Of a stretch of 24,000 nucleotides of DNA, positions 16,141 through 24,000 are shown piece after piece (within the stretch, counting starts at the first letter, position 1; each line of letters begins with the position of its first letter). This DNA comes from Reyranella massiliensis 521 (GTDB lineage Bacteria > Pseudomonadota > Alphaproteobacteria > Reyranellales > Reyranellaceae). The position numbers and the translations under genes were made by a program. The stretch spans positions 1-24,000 of the forward strand of contig CALROF020000028.1 in the NCBI GenBank assembly GCA_943369775.1. The letters run 5' to 3'. The notes under the pieces are model-generated. The model did not search any database. It worked only from the letters and a program-made list of their open reading frames with translations, and was not told the origin of the DNA.

Positions 16141-16952
16141 GCGCGGCGCGCCACGATAAAGAGCCGGCGAAACGGAAAGATCGTGATGCCGTCGGCTCGT
16201 GTCGGATAGGCTTTGGCGGTCAGGCTGGCATAGGTCTCGTAGAAGGCCGTGCGCTCCGGTTCCTCCAACAATTCGAGATAGGGCCGCAGGCCCGTCGACG
16301 AGGTGTACTGCGCCACCGGATCCTTACCCGTGAGCGCCTGCTGGTAGATCGTCTCCCAGACCTCCAGTTCGGCGCTGAGTGGCTTCAAGACGTCGTAGTA
16401 GTCCGCCGGCTCCCGCACCCGCGCGATGGGGCGCACCTTGGCGAGCTTGTCGCGCCAGGGCCCCGCTTCGGCGGCCGTCTTCATCAGCGCGTGCGAGGGC
16501 GCTTCATGGTTGCGCGGCATCTGGATCGCGAGCTGGCCGCCCGACGGCAGCAGCTTCATCAACCCTGGAAACATATCGATATGGCCGTCGAGCCACTGAT
16601 AGGCGGCATTGCTGTAGAGGATGCCGGGCGGTCGATCGGGCTTGAAGGCGGCGAGATCGCCCTTGGCGAAGGTGATGCGCGGATCCGCCGTCTGTGCGCG
16701 CGCCTTGGCGAGCATGTCGTCAGATGAATCGATGCCGACGATGGGTGCACCCGCGAAGCGATCCGCCAGGACGCGCGAGATGTTGCCCGCGCCGCAGCCC
16801 AGATCGTAGATCGCGTGCCCTGGACGCGCAGCGTTCGCCGGATCGAGCCGGCTCATCAGATCGAGGGCCGGTCGCGTGCGATGGTCGGCGAATTTCAGAT
16901 AGAGATTGGCGTCCCACTTGGTCGATTGGTCGATCGACTTGGCGTCGTTCAT
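16137..16952 (-). CDS. tam: Trans-aconitate 2-methyltransferase
   Basis: Track ORF 16137..16976. Collinear with E. coli Tam: W(D/N)..LYLKF...RTRPALDL, DLGCGAGN, GIDSS..ML, SNAA.QWL, LAIQMP, GLRPYL, FPFRRLFIVARR. Start at ATG 16950-16952 with GGAGAA upstream. Its TGA overlaps the ggt GTG (GTGA at 16137-16140). Confidence 0.88.
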   Translation of the reverse strand: MNDAKSIDQSTKWDANLYLKFADHRTRPALDLMSRLDPANAARPGHAIYDLGCGAGNISRVLADRFAGAPIVGIDSSDDMLAKARAQTADPRITFAKGDLAAFKPDRPPGILYSNAAYQWLDGHIDMFPGLMKLLPSGGQLAIQMPRNHEAPSHALMKTAAEAGPWRDKLAKVRPIARVREPADYYDVLKPLSAELEVWETIYQQALTGKDPVAQYTSSTGLRPYLELLEEPERTAFYETYASLTAKAYPTRADGITIFPFRRLFIVARRA

Positions 16953-16953
16953 G

Positions 16954-17352
16954 TCATTTCTCCTCGAACGCCGCATCGACGGGCACGCGGTAGGCCGTCG
17001 CGATCTTGTTGCCCTTCTGCGCCGCCAGCACGACGGCCATGAACTCGCCGAACATCTCGTCGGTCATGCCCTTCTGGCGCGCCATGTAGCCATGCGAGTT
17101 GATGCAGTAGTCGCACTGGTTGGCGATGCTGACGGCGAGATAGATCATCTCCTTGGTCAACGCATCGAGCTTGCCTGGCGCCATTACTTCGCGCATTTCC
17201 GTGGCGAAGCGCTCCATCGTATCGGGATGGCGCGCCAGAGCTTTCCAGACATTGTTGATGTTCGCCGGGTCGCTGCCGCGCGCTTTCGCGATCCCCTCGA
17301 CGACGGCCTTGGCCCGAGGGTTCATGTCCTTGTACTCGGTCAACTTCGCCAC
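16954..17352 (-). CDS. Carboxymuconolactone decarboxylase (AhpD-like) family protein
   Basis: Track ORF 16954..17373. CMD-family core with the AhpD-type CxxCxxxH motif (CDYCINSH). Start moved to GTG 17350-17352 (GGAG 6 nt upstream), because the longer ORF would begin inside the phaB terminator hairpin. The stop lies 1 nt before the tam ATG. Confidence 0.8.
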   Translation of the reverse strand: MAKLTEYKDMNPRAKAVVEGIAKARGSDPANINNVWKALARHPDTMERFATEMREVMAPGKLDALTKEMIYLAVSIANQCDYCINSHGYMARQKGMTDEMFGEFMAVVLAAQKGNKIATAYRVPVDAAFEEK

Positions 17353-17365
17353 GGATCGCTCCACC

Positions 17366-17397
17366 ACAAACAAAAAGGGCCGGCATGATGCCGGCCC
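17366..17397 (-). terminator. Rho-independent terminator downstream of phaB
   Basis: On the minus strand, GGGCCGGCA-tca-TGCCGGCCC (9-bp GC stem, 17377-17397) is followed by TTTTTGTTTG (complement of 17367-17376). It lies 27 nt after the phaB stop. Confidence 0.75.
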
Positions 17398-17423
17398 CTA
17401 TCATGGCGCTTTCGCCCCGATTG

Positions 17424-18149
17424 TCAGTACATATGCTGACCGCCGTTGATCGACAGGGTCGAGCCGGTGATGAAGCCGGCATCGTCTGCGATCAGGAACA
17501 TCACGCCGCGGCCGATCTCGTCGGCCTTGCCGAGACGTCCCACCGGAATCTTGGCCACGATCTTCTCCAGCACATTGGCCGGAACTGCAGAGACCATGTC
17601 GGTGTCGGTGTAGCCGGGCGCAATTGCATTCACGGTGATGCCCTTGGAAGCGCCTTCCTGGGCCAGTGCCTTGGTGAAACCGTGGATACCGGACTTCGCT
17701 GCGGCATAGTTCACTTGGCCGTATTGACCGCCTTGGCCGTTGATCGAGCCGATGTTGACGATGCGGCCAAAGCCGCGCGTGTTCATGCCTTCCCACACCG
17801 CCTTGCACATATTGAAGCAGGAGCCGAGGTTCGTATCGATCACGGCATCCCACATGTCGCGCGTCAGGCGGCGCATCGTGGAGTCGCGTGTGATGCCGGC
17901 ATTGTTGACCAGAACATCGACCGGCCCGAGATCCTTCTCGATCTGTCCGATGACGGACTGGCAGGCCGCGAAGTCACCGACGTCGAACTTGTAGACGTTG
18001 ATGCCGCTCTCGGCCTTGAACTTGTTCGCGGCCTCGTCGTTGCCGGCGTAGGTGGCAGCGACCTTGTAGCCCTTGTCCTTGAGCATCCGGGAGATGGCGG
18101 CGCCGATACCACGCGTTCCGCCCGTCACAACTGCTACCCGTTCAGCCAT
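17424..18149 (-). CDS. phaB: Acetoacetyl-CoA reductase (SDR), PHB synthesis
   Basis: C-terminal 241 aa of track ORF 17424..18302. MAERVAVVTGGTRGIGAAI..., NNAGITRD, YAAAKSG (YxxxK), GITVNAIAPGY..TDM, ...INGGQHMY is the canonical PhaB/PhbB pattern. ATG 18147-18149 has GGAGGA upstream. Confidence 0.93.
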   Translation of the reverse strand: MAERVAVVTGGTRGIGAAISRMLKDKGYKVAATYAGNDEAANKFKAESGINVYKFDVGDFAACQSVIGQIEKDLGPVDVLVNNAGITRDSTMRRLTRDMWDAVIDTNLGSCFNMCKAVWEGMNTRGFGRIVNIGSINGQGGQYGQVNYAAAKSGIHGFTKALAQEGASKGITVNAIAPGYTDTDMVSAVPANVLEKIVAKIPVGRLGKADEIGRGVMFLIADDAGFITGSTLSINGGQHMY

Positions 18150-18304
18150 TGTTTCCTCCCTTGCTGTTGGCAAACACACTCTAGCCGGTTCTCCCCCGTC
18201 CCGGGCAAGCGGCACGTCGTGATAGTGGTGATATATCCCTCGACGTCGAATTGATGTCCGACGGCGGATAGAGGCCGCGTGTTGCCGGTCATAGAACGGC
18301 AACC

Positions 18305-19507
18305 ATGAAGCCCTTTACTGCCCTGCTCGGCGTCTCCGCCGGCACCCACGCAGCCGACCAACTCGCCCTGGCGACACTGCCCCTTACGGCTACTCTCATT
18401 CTGGGTGCAGGACCGGATGTCCTCGGTCTGCTCGTCGCTGCCCAAAGTGCGGCATGGCTGCTGGTCTCGCTGCCGGCCGGCGCCTGGGTCGATCGCGTGC
18501 CGCGCCGCCGATTGCTGATCGTGGCGTTAGGCCTGGGTCTTCTGGCCTCAATCGCCGCGGTGATTGCCGCTGCGACAGGCATTGCCGCGCTGCTCGGCGT
18601 TGCCGCCTTCGCAGGTGCTTCGGGCACGGTCGTCTTCGTCCTGACATCGGTCTCGCTGCTGCCGAGTCTGGTGCCGGCCGACGACCTCCCCCGGTCGAAC
18701 GCACGGCTGGAGCTGACACGCGCCGTGGTGAGCCTCGCCGCACCGTTCGTCGCGGGTCTGCTCGCCCAGCATCTGTCTCCGACCTGGGGCTATGCGTTGG
18801 CCGCTTTCGGCGCCGCGCTCGCGCTTGTCTGCGCACTCGCCCTGCCGAAAGGCGTCGCGCCGAACAGCCCGGCCAACCGCCCTTCGTTCATTCAGTCCAT
18901 TCGGACCGGTGCCGAGTTCGTCGCGCGCCACGAGCTGCTGCGCGGCATCAGCCTTTGCGCGATCTGCTGGAACTTCGCCTTCTTCGCGCTGCTCGCCATC
19001 TGGGTACCGCTGGCGTTGGGCCCGCTGCAGCTCGATCCCGCCCATATGGGCCTGGCGCAGTCGGCCTATGGCGCGGGCATGATTCTGGGCGCCCTGGTTG
19101 CGCCGGTCTCGTCGCGCCAGCTGCCGCCTTTCGCCACGCTGATCTTCGGACCGGCGGTCTCGGTGATCGCGGCGATGCTCTTCCTGCTCGCCCCGTCGGG
19201 CGGCGGCTTCGTCCTGTCGGCGATGGGCCACTTCCTGGTCGGGTTCGGACCCATCCTGTGGCTGATCTGCCAGACCACGGTGCGCCAGCTCGTGACGCCG
19301 GCACCGCTGATGGGCCGGGTCAACGCGACGGTGCAGACCGCCATCTACGGCGTGCGCCCTCTGGGTGCCCTAACGGGCGGCCTGGTGGCGGCCCAGGCAG
19401 GCTTGCAGAGCGCCCTGATCCTGATCGCCATCGCCTTTGCTCTCTCCACCCTCGTCATCGTCCTGTCACCGCTTGCCCGTTTGAGGACCATGCCGGCTGC
19501 CGCTTGA
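18305..19507 (+). CDS. MFS transporter (about 12 TM)
   Basis: 400-aa hydrophobic ORF with the MFS loop motif AGAWVDRVPRRRLLI between predicted TM2 and TM3. An in-frame stop at 18269-18271 leaves ATG 18305 as the only start; the RBS is weak. Confidence 0.8.
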   Translation: MKPFTALLGVSAGTHAADQLALATLPLTATLILGAGPDVLGLLVAAQSAAWLLVSLPAGAWVDRVPRRRLLIVALGLGLLASIAAVIAAATGIAALLGVAAFAGASGTVVFVLTSVSLLPSLVPADDLPRSNARLELTRAVVSLAAPFVAGLLAQHLSPTWGYALAAFGAALALVCALALPKGVAPNSPANRPSFIQSIRTGAEFVARHELLRGISLCAICWNFAFFALLAIWVPLALGPLQLDPAHMGLAQSAYGAGMILGALVAPVSSRQLPPFATLIFGPAVSVIAAMLFLLAPSGGGFVLSAMGHFLVGFGPILWLICQTTVRQLVTPAPLMGRVNATVQTAIYGVRPLGALTGGLVAAQAGLQSALILIAIAFALSTLVIVLSPLARLRTMPAAA

Positions 19508-19551
19508 CCCGCAGCCGCAGCCGTCGGACTTTGTGGCGGGGAGGTCTTTGC

Positions 19552-20001
19552 ATGATGAAGTTGTTGAGCGCCGCCGTTCTGGCTCTGTCGGTGGCCGCCT
19601 GCCAGCAAGGCGGTATGAGCTCATACCAGCAGACCTACGGGACAAATTTTCCTGGCCCGAAGGACGGCATGGCCGCGGTCTATCTCGTGCGCGGCGCCGC
19701 CCCGCCAGATGCACCGCCGATTCCGATTTCGGCGGGCCAGCAGGCGGCCGGCAGCTTGACCGGCTCGAGCTGGATGCGCCTCGATGCCCTGCCGAACCCG
19801 CTCGACCTCAGGGCCTTTGGCAGCCAGGACAGCACCGAACTCATTATCACGGTCTCAGCCGGCGAGACCTACTTCCTGATCGCAGAGCCGGTAGGCACCA
19901 CCAACGCCAAGCTCATGACGATCTCGTGGGACGAAGGCCGTCGCCTCGTCCGTCAGGGTCAGCAGGTTCCCAGCAACTACTACCCAGCCAATAACAACTG
20001 A
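19552..20001 (+). CDS. Hypothetical lipoprotein (149 aa; DUF2846-like pattern, unverified)
   Basis: Hidden as the tail of shadow ORF 18454..20001. ATG 19552 is preceded by GGGGAGG with 8-nt spacing. Signal plus lipobox MMKLLSAAVLALSVAAC. A strong terminator follows. Confidence 0.7.
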   Translation: MMKLLSAAVLALSVAACQQGGMSSYQQTYGTNFPGPKDGMAAVYLVRGAAPPDAPPIPISAGQQAAGSLTGSSWMRLDALPNPLDLRAFGSQDSTELIITVSAGETYFLIAEPVGTTNAKLMTISWDEGRRLVRQGQQVPSNYYPANNN

Positions 20002-20016
20002 GCCTGACCACCAAAT

Positions 20017-20055
20017 GAAAACGCCCGAAGGGAAGCCTTCGGGCGTTTTGCTTTG
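20017..20055. terminator. Bidirectional rho-independent terminator between the lipoprotein gene (+) and phaA (-)
   Basis: ACGCCCGAAGG-gaag-CCTTCGGGCGT (11-bp perfect stem, 20021-20046). It is flanked by TTTTGCTTTG on the plus strand and, on the minus strand, by TTTTCATTT. Confidence 0.8.
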
Positions 20056-20076
20056 AGCCGAAGCCTTAATCGTATC

Positions 20077-21258
20077 TCAGTCGCGCTGGACGCACATGGC
20101 GATGCCCATGCCGCCGCCGATGCAGAGCGTGGCGAGGCCCTTCTTGGCATCGCGCTTCTGCATCTCGTAGAGCAGCGTGGTGAGCACGCGGGCGCCCGAC
20201 GCACCGATCGGATGGCCGAGCGCGATGGCGCCGCCGTTGACGTTCAGCTTGTCCGGATCGAGGCCGAGCTGCTTGCCGACCGCGACGGCCTGCGCCGCGA
20301 AGGCTTCGTTGGCTTCGACGAGGTCGAGGTCCTTCACCGTCCAGCCCGCCTTCTTCAGCGCTTCCTGCGAGGCCGTGACCGGACCGATGCCCATGATCGC
20401 CGGATCGACACCGGTGGTCGCCCAGGACACGATCTTGGCGAGCGGCTTGACGCCGCGCTTCTTGGCTTCGTCGGCGCTCATCAGCACCAGCGCCGCCGCA
20501 CCATCGTTGATGCCCGAGGCATTACCGGCCGTGACCGAGCCACCTTCCTTGGTGAAGGCAGGGCGCAGCTTGGCCAGCGCCTCGACCGTGGTGCCGTGAC
20601 GGGGGAACTCGTCGGTGTCGACCACCACTTCGCCCTTGCGGGTCTTCACGGTGACCGGAACGATCTCGTCCTTGAAGCGGCCGGCCTTCTGCGCGGCTTC
20701 GGCCTTGTTCTGCGACGAGGCCGCGAACGCATCCTGTTCGGCGCGCGTGATCTGGAACTTCTGCGCGACGTTCTCGGCGGTGTTGCCCATGTGATAGCCA
20801 TGGAAGGCATCCCACAGGCCGTCCTTCAGCATGGTGTCGACCATCTTCAGCTCGCCCATCTTGGTGCCGTCGCGCATGTGCGCGGCATGCGGCGCCTGAC
20901 TCATGCTTTCCTGGCCGCCGACGACCATGATGTTGGCGTCGCCGTTACGGATCGCCTGCCAGCCGAATGCGACGGCGCGCAGGCCCGAGCCGCAGAGCTG
21001 GTTGATGCCGAGCGCGGTCTTGTCGACCGGGATGCCGGCGTTGACCGCCGCCTGACGCGCCGGGTTCTGGCCCTGACCAGCGCCCAGGATCTGGCCCATG
21101 ATGACTTCGTCGACTTCCTCGGGCTTCACCTTGGCACGCTCCAGCGCACCCTTGATGGCGACCTTTCCGAGATCGTGCGCGGGTACAGCGCTGAAGGCTC
21201 CATTGAACGATCCGACGGGCGTGCGCGCAGCGCTCGCGATGACAATTTCAGTGCTCAT
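20077..21258 (-). CDS. phaA: Acetyl-CoA C-acetyltransferase (beta-ketothiolase), PHB synthesis
   Basis: C-terminal 393 aa of track ORF 20077..22104. [20 protein letters not shown]..., [10 protein letters not shown] (active-site Cys), ...[17 protein letters not shown]..., CIGGGMG. ATG 21256-21258 has AAGGAGG upstream. Confidence 0.94.
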   Translation of the reverse strand: MSTEIVIASAARTPVGSFNGAFSAVPAHDLGKVAIKGALERAKVKPEEVDEVIMGQILGAGQGQNPARQAAVNAGIPVDKTALGINQLCGSGLRAVAFGWQAIRNGDANIMVVGGQESMSQAPHAAHMRDGTKMGELKMVDTMLKDGLWDAFHGYHMGNTAENVAQKFQITRAEQDAFAASSQNKAEAAQKAGRFKDEIVPVTVKTRKGEVVVDTDEFPRHGTTVEALAKLRPAFTKEGGSVTAGNASGINDGAAALVLMSADEAKKRGVKPLAKIVSWATTGVDPAIMGIGPVTASQEALKKAGWTVKDLDLVEANEAFAAQAVAVGKQLGLDPDKLNVNGGAIALGHPIGASGARVLTTLLYEMQKRDAKKGLATLCIGGGMGIAMCVQRD

Positions 21259-22475
21259 AGAGTCCTCCTTGGGGCCGCCCTGGGAACATTTATAGGCTCG
21301 CCGTACGGGCGGGGCAAAGCCCCCTGCTTCCGCAACCCCAACGGCTTCATGCCGAACAGCGGCCTTACCCAACCCCAGGGGCGCACTAACCCTGCATAAA
21401 CACACCAGGTCCCCAGGAAAGTCGCCAGCACGGTCAGAATGAAGGCAGCCACGGAAGGAACGCCTGCGGTCAGCAGCCAGTAGACGGCGATCACCGCGAC
21501 CGTCTGGTGAATCAGGTAGAATGGATAGACGGCCTCGGTCGCCTCGGCGAGGAAGGCGGGCCGTCGGGTGAGGTAGCGATGGCCAAACCCCAGGATGGTG
21601 AACAGCCAGGCCATGGTGTTGATCGCCGACAGGAGCGCGTAGGCCGGCCTCAGCTCCGGGGCGATGACAGGCCGAACCTCGCCCTTGAAGAACATCACGT
21701 ACAGGCAGGCGTAGGCGGCGACGCCCACCGAGAGCGAGACGTAGCGCTGACGTTGCAGCGCCATGAGGAGCTGCGGCGACGCGAACAGAAATGCGCCGTA
21801 GATCAGCAACACCCCGTAGTAGGCGAGGCCATACCAATCGCCGATCAGCCCATTGGTATTGTAGGAGATCGGCACCAGCCACAGGGTCGCCGCCGCAAGC
21901 GGAAGCGCCATGGCCCATTGCAGGCCCATACGCGCGACGAAGCGGCCGGTCGCATCCTGGGCCGCTTGCCCGGACGTGCTGCGCGCCCAGAGGAAGTACG
22001 GCAGCAGGACGATCGTGAGCACCAGCACGTAGGCTACGAACCAAAGATGATGCCAACTCGTGTTGCCGCTCGGATACACACCCTCGAACGCATGCGGCAG
22101 CCACTCAAAGAACGATCCGGTGAACTGCCCGCGATAGAGCCGCTCCAGATAGACCTGCGGCGGCACGAGGACGAGCATGCCGAAGACAAGAGGCAGCAAC
22201 AGGCGCTTCAGGCGATCTACGACGAAGGCGCCCGGCGTCCGCGCACCCAGCGCCAGCATGATGGCCGCGCCCGAGACGATGAAGATCAGGGGCATGCGCC
22301 AGCGATTGAGAAAGCGCATCGCTTCGCGCAGCCAGGCAATGTCGTCGGTGCTGGTGACGTGCCAGGTCCATCCCGACCACGCCATGCCGGCGTGGTAGAA
22401 GATGAGGAGACTGAAGGCGAGGACGCGCAGCCAGTCGAGATCGGCGCGCCGGGCCGCAAAGACCGCGTTGGGCAT
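21255..22475 (-). CDS. Acyltransferase family 3 (PF01757-type) integral membrane protein
   Basis: Track ORF 21255..22574. [22 protein letters not shown]...[12 protein letters not shown]... followed by about 10 hydrophobic segments, typical of acyltransferase-3/OpgC-like proteins. Start at ATG 22473-22475 with GGGAGG upstream. The TGA overlaps the phaA ATG (ATGA at 21255-21258). Confidence 0.8.
   Translation of the reverse strand: MPNAVFAARRADLDWLRVLAFSLLIFYHAGMAWSGWTWHVTSTDDIAWLREAMRFLNRWRMPLIFIVSGAAIMLALGARTPGAFVVDRLKRLLLPLVFGMLVLVPPQVYLERLYRGQFTGSFFEWLPHAFEGVYPSGNTSWHHLWFVAYVLVLTIVLLPYFLWARSTSGQAAQDATGRFVARMGLQWAMALPLAAATLWLVPISYNTNGLIGDWYGLAYYGVLLIYGAFLFASPQLLMALQRQRYVSLSVGVAAYACLYVMFFKGEVRPVIAPELRPAYALLSAINTMAWLFTILGFGHRYLTRRPAFLAEATEAVYPFYLIHQTVAVIAVYWLLTAGVPSVAAFILTVLATFLGTWCVYAGLVRPWGWVRPLFGMKPLGLRKQGALPRPYGEPINVPRAAPRRTL
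21289..21317 (-). promoter_or_regulatory. Candidate sigma-70-type promoter for phaA-phaB, inside the 3' end of the upstream ORF
   Basis: Minus strand reads TTGCCC (21317-21312), a 17-nt spacer, then TATAAA (21294-21289). It sits about 30 nt upstream of the phaA ATG and is AT-rich for this genome. Pattern match only. Confidence 0.35.
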
Positions 22476-22491
22476 GATGGCCTCCCGAACG

Positions 22492-24000
22492 TCAGCCGCG
22501 TCGGCTGAAACCGTCGGCGCTCCACTCCTCGCTGCCGACGCCGTGATGCATGAAGAAGAGTCCTTCCGGGTCATACTTCTGCTTCACGGCACGCAGCCGC
22601 GCATAGTTGGCGCCCCAGAAAGCCTGCTGCCAGTTCTCCTCGAAGTAGTTGGACTCCGAGACGTAGGCGCCGGGCTGCGGCACCAGCTTGCGCAACTCCC
22701 CCATGGCAGAGGTTACGGCACGAGCAGCCGCCTGCGCCTTTGCGAGATCGGGTTCATGGCCGGCGATACCCGGAAAAGCCGGCGGCCCTTCGCTGGCACT
22801 GATGGCCAGCGCGAAGGCTTCGACGGCAGCAGGATTGGTCGCCGTATCGCGCGCCGCGGCAATCTCGTCGGGCGGCGCTCCCGCCAGGCCCTTGTTGAAA
22901 TGCAGCGACATCTGCCAATGCCGCGAGCTTGCAAACAACGCCTCGACGAGCTGGCTGCGGCGCTGGTCGTCGAGCAACGATGCCGGCATCCAGGTCGATT
23001 GATAGGCGTGCAGGAACCAACCGGCCTCGCCGAGATTGCTGCTCCAGAAGATGTTGTCGGCCGATGCGCCGGGGCGATCGTCGTTCAGCACCAGATGCGG
23101 TGCGTTATTCTTCAGGAATGCCGGATCCCACAAGTACTTCGCGGGAAGCGCCACGATGACCGACGGCTCGCTCCACGTGTAGTCGCCGCCTTGGGCTGCG
23201 ATCCAGGACAGGAACGGTTGCCATACCGCTGCCGCGGCATCTCGGTCGAGGCCCTCGAAGACCATGCTGATGGCCATCGTATTGTCGCGACGGAAGCGGA
23301 TCTGCTCGCCCCAGTGCGGATTGAACAGGCTTTCGCGATAGAAGCTCATGAAGCGGTCGATCAGCCGCCGGAACGCATCATCGGAACTGGCCTTCACGCT
23401 GCCGAAGATGGCGCCGACGACCTGCGGCAGAGGACGGGCGCGCAGGGTGAGCCTCGTGACGACACCGAGGCTGCCTCCGCCGCCGCCCTTCAGGCCCCAG
23501 AACAGATCCGGGTTGGTACAGGCATTGGCAATGCGCACCGAACCATCGGCGGTCACGACTTCGGCTTCGAGCAGGCCCGCGGCGGCGAGACCAAAGCGCT
23601 TGGAGAAGCTACCGAAGCCGCCGCTCTGAATAAGACCTGCGACGCCGACCGTGAGACAGCCCCCGCCCTGGACGTAGTGGCCGGCCTTGGCAGCAGCGCC
23701 GTAGGCGTGCAGCCACAGCGCGCCCGAACCGACCGACAGTGCCGGCTGAGGCGGCGTGTTGCAGCCCTGCGGGACGAAGGAATCTTGGAACACGACGCTG
23801 TTCATGTGTCGTGTCCAGACGAGCAGCGAGTCGGGCGCATTGGAGGTGCCCTGATAGCTGTGACCCCCGCCCTTCACTACGAGCCGCAGGCGGTGCTCGC
23901 GGGCGAAGTTCACGGCTGCGGCAACATCCTGGGCGCTGCGGGCGGCAACGCAGTAGGCGCTGGGCGAAGACGTCCATGCGTCGACCCAGCCGCTGGTCTG
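22492..24000 (-). CDS. FAD-binding (PCMH-type) oxidoreductase with BBE-like C-terminus; 5' end lies outside the window
   Basis: The frame stays open to the window edge: ...AYCVAARSAQDVAAAVNFAREHRLRLVVKGGGHSYQG... (FAD-binding type 4), GGGCLTVGVAGLIQSGGFG, NPDLFWGLKGGGGGSLGVVT, and the C-terminal RLRAVKQKYDPEGLF berberine-bridge-like motif. Confidence 0.87.
   Translation of the reverse strand, partial: QTSGWVDAWTSSPSAYCVAARSAQDVAAAVNFAREHRLRLVVKGGGHSYQGTSNAPDSLLVWTRHMNSVVFQDSFVPQGCNTPPQPALSVGSGALWLHAYGAAAKAGHYVQGGGCLTVGVAGLIQSGGFGSFSKRFGLAAAGLLEAEVVTADGSVRIANACTNPDLFWGLKGGGGGSLGVVTRLTLRARPLPQVVGAIFGSVKASSDDAFRRLIDRFMSFYRESLFNPHWGEQIRFRRDNTMAISMVFEGLDRDAAAAVWQPFLSWIAAQGGDYTWSEPSVIVALPAKYLWDPAFLKNNAPHLVLNDDRPGASADNIFWSSNLGEAGWFLHAYQSTWMPASLLDDQRRSQLVEALFASSRHWQMSLHFNKGLAGAPPDEIAAARDTATNPAAVEAFALAISASEGPPAFPGIAGHEPDLAKAQAAARAVTSAMGELRKLVPQPGAYVSESNYFEENWQQAFWGANYARLRAVKQKYDPEGLFFMHHGVGSEEWSADGFSRRG

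Noticed and set aside
14215-16209. 664-aa plus-strand ORF, the longest in the window
   Set aside because: It lies exactly antisense to the well-supported ggt and rlmI-like genes. The translation is Arg/Ala/Gly/Pro-rich low-complexity sequence with no recognisable motifs. This is the classic shadow ORF of a high-GC3 gene.
18150-18304. Short repeats in the phaB/MFS divergent region: GTGATA-gtg-GTGATA at 18219-18233, and TTGC-n5-GCAA near 18162-18174
   Set aside because: They are very short and could easily occur by chance. They may be promoter or operator elements, but nothing distinguishes them from background without comparative data.
21259-22104. N-terminal 282-aa extension of the thiolase ORF (track ORF 20077..22104, 675 aa), suggesting a fusion protein
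   Set aside because: The extension overlaps the acyltransferase-3 gene in another frame and is Arg/Gly-rich. A canonical thiolase N-terminus ([16 protein letters not shown]) with AAGGAGG upstream begins at 21258.
1-24000. Search for CRISPR arrays, tRNA/rRNA/ncRNA genes, IS elements, long direct or inverted repeats, and toxin-antitoxin or defence gene pairs
   Set aside because: None was found by eye. Intergenic spaces are all 155 nt or shorter and are accounted for by promoters, RBSs and terminators. Composition appears uniform apart from short AT-rich regulatory patches.

Overview
High-GC window with strong GC3 codon bias, in the style of an alphaproteobacterial chromosome. It is densely packed with about 22 protein-coding genes. 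I found no rRNA, tRNA, CRISPR array, transposase, integrase or long repeat, and it does not look like a mobile or defence island.

Gene order, left to right:
- Lon protease 3' end (+).
- Putative nitrogen-compound catabolic cluster (494-7483): an ATZ/TRZ-like amidohydrolase (-); a divergent family-5 ABC substrate-binding protein (+) behind a near-consensus sigma-54 promoter; and a minus-strand operon of small GatC/AtzG-like ORF, amidase-signature amidase, NtaA/DszA-type LLM flavin monooxygenase and GNAT acetyltransferase.
- CPA2 cation:proton antiporter with a USP-like C-terminal tail (+).
- A 7.6-kb, nine-gene minus-strand array with very short gaps: AhpD/CMD-like, tam, ggt, rlmI-like, DmpA/P1 peptidase, a 51-codon membrane ORF, a DsbB-family protein, a secreted SnoaL/NTF2-like protein and a patatin-like lipoprotein.
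- phaB (-), an MFS transporter (+) and a small lipoprotein (+).
- phaA (-), preceded by an acyltransferase-3 membrane protein and a BBE-type FAD oxidase that runs off the window.

Several true genes are masked in the ORF track by spurious N-terminal extensions or long shadow ORFs, so I re-called those starts from RBS and gene-junction evidence.

I see no convincing previously undescribed system. The most checkable oddities are (1) the sigma-54-linked amidase/AtzG-like/LLM/GNAT/amidohydrolase cluster with an orphan binding protein, and (2) a DsbB-family protein whose second cysteine pair appears displaced to a C-terminal tail after a fifth TM helix, closely following (10-nt gap, no RBS) an unannotated 51-aa membrane peptide. 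All functional calls come from motif recognition by eye; no database search was run.
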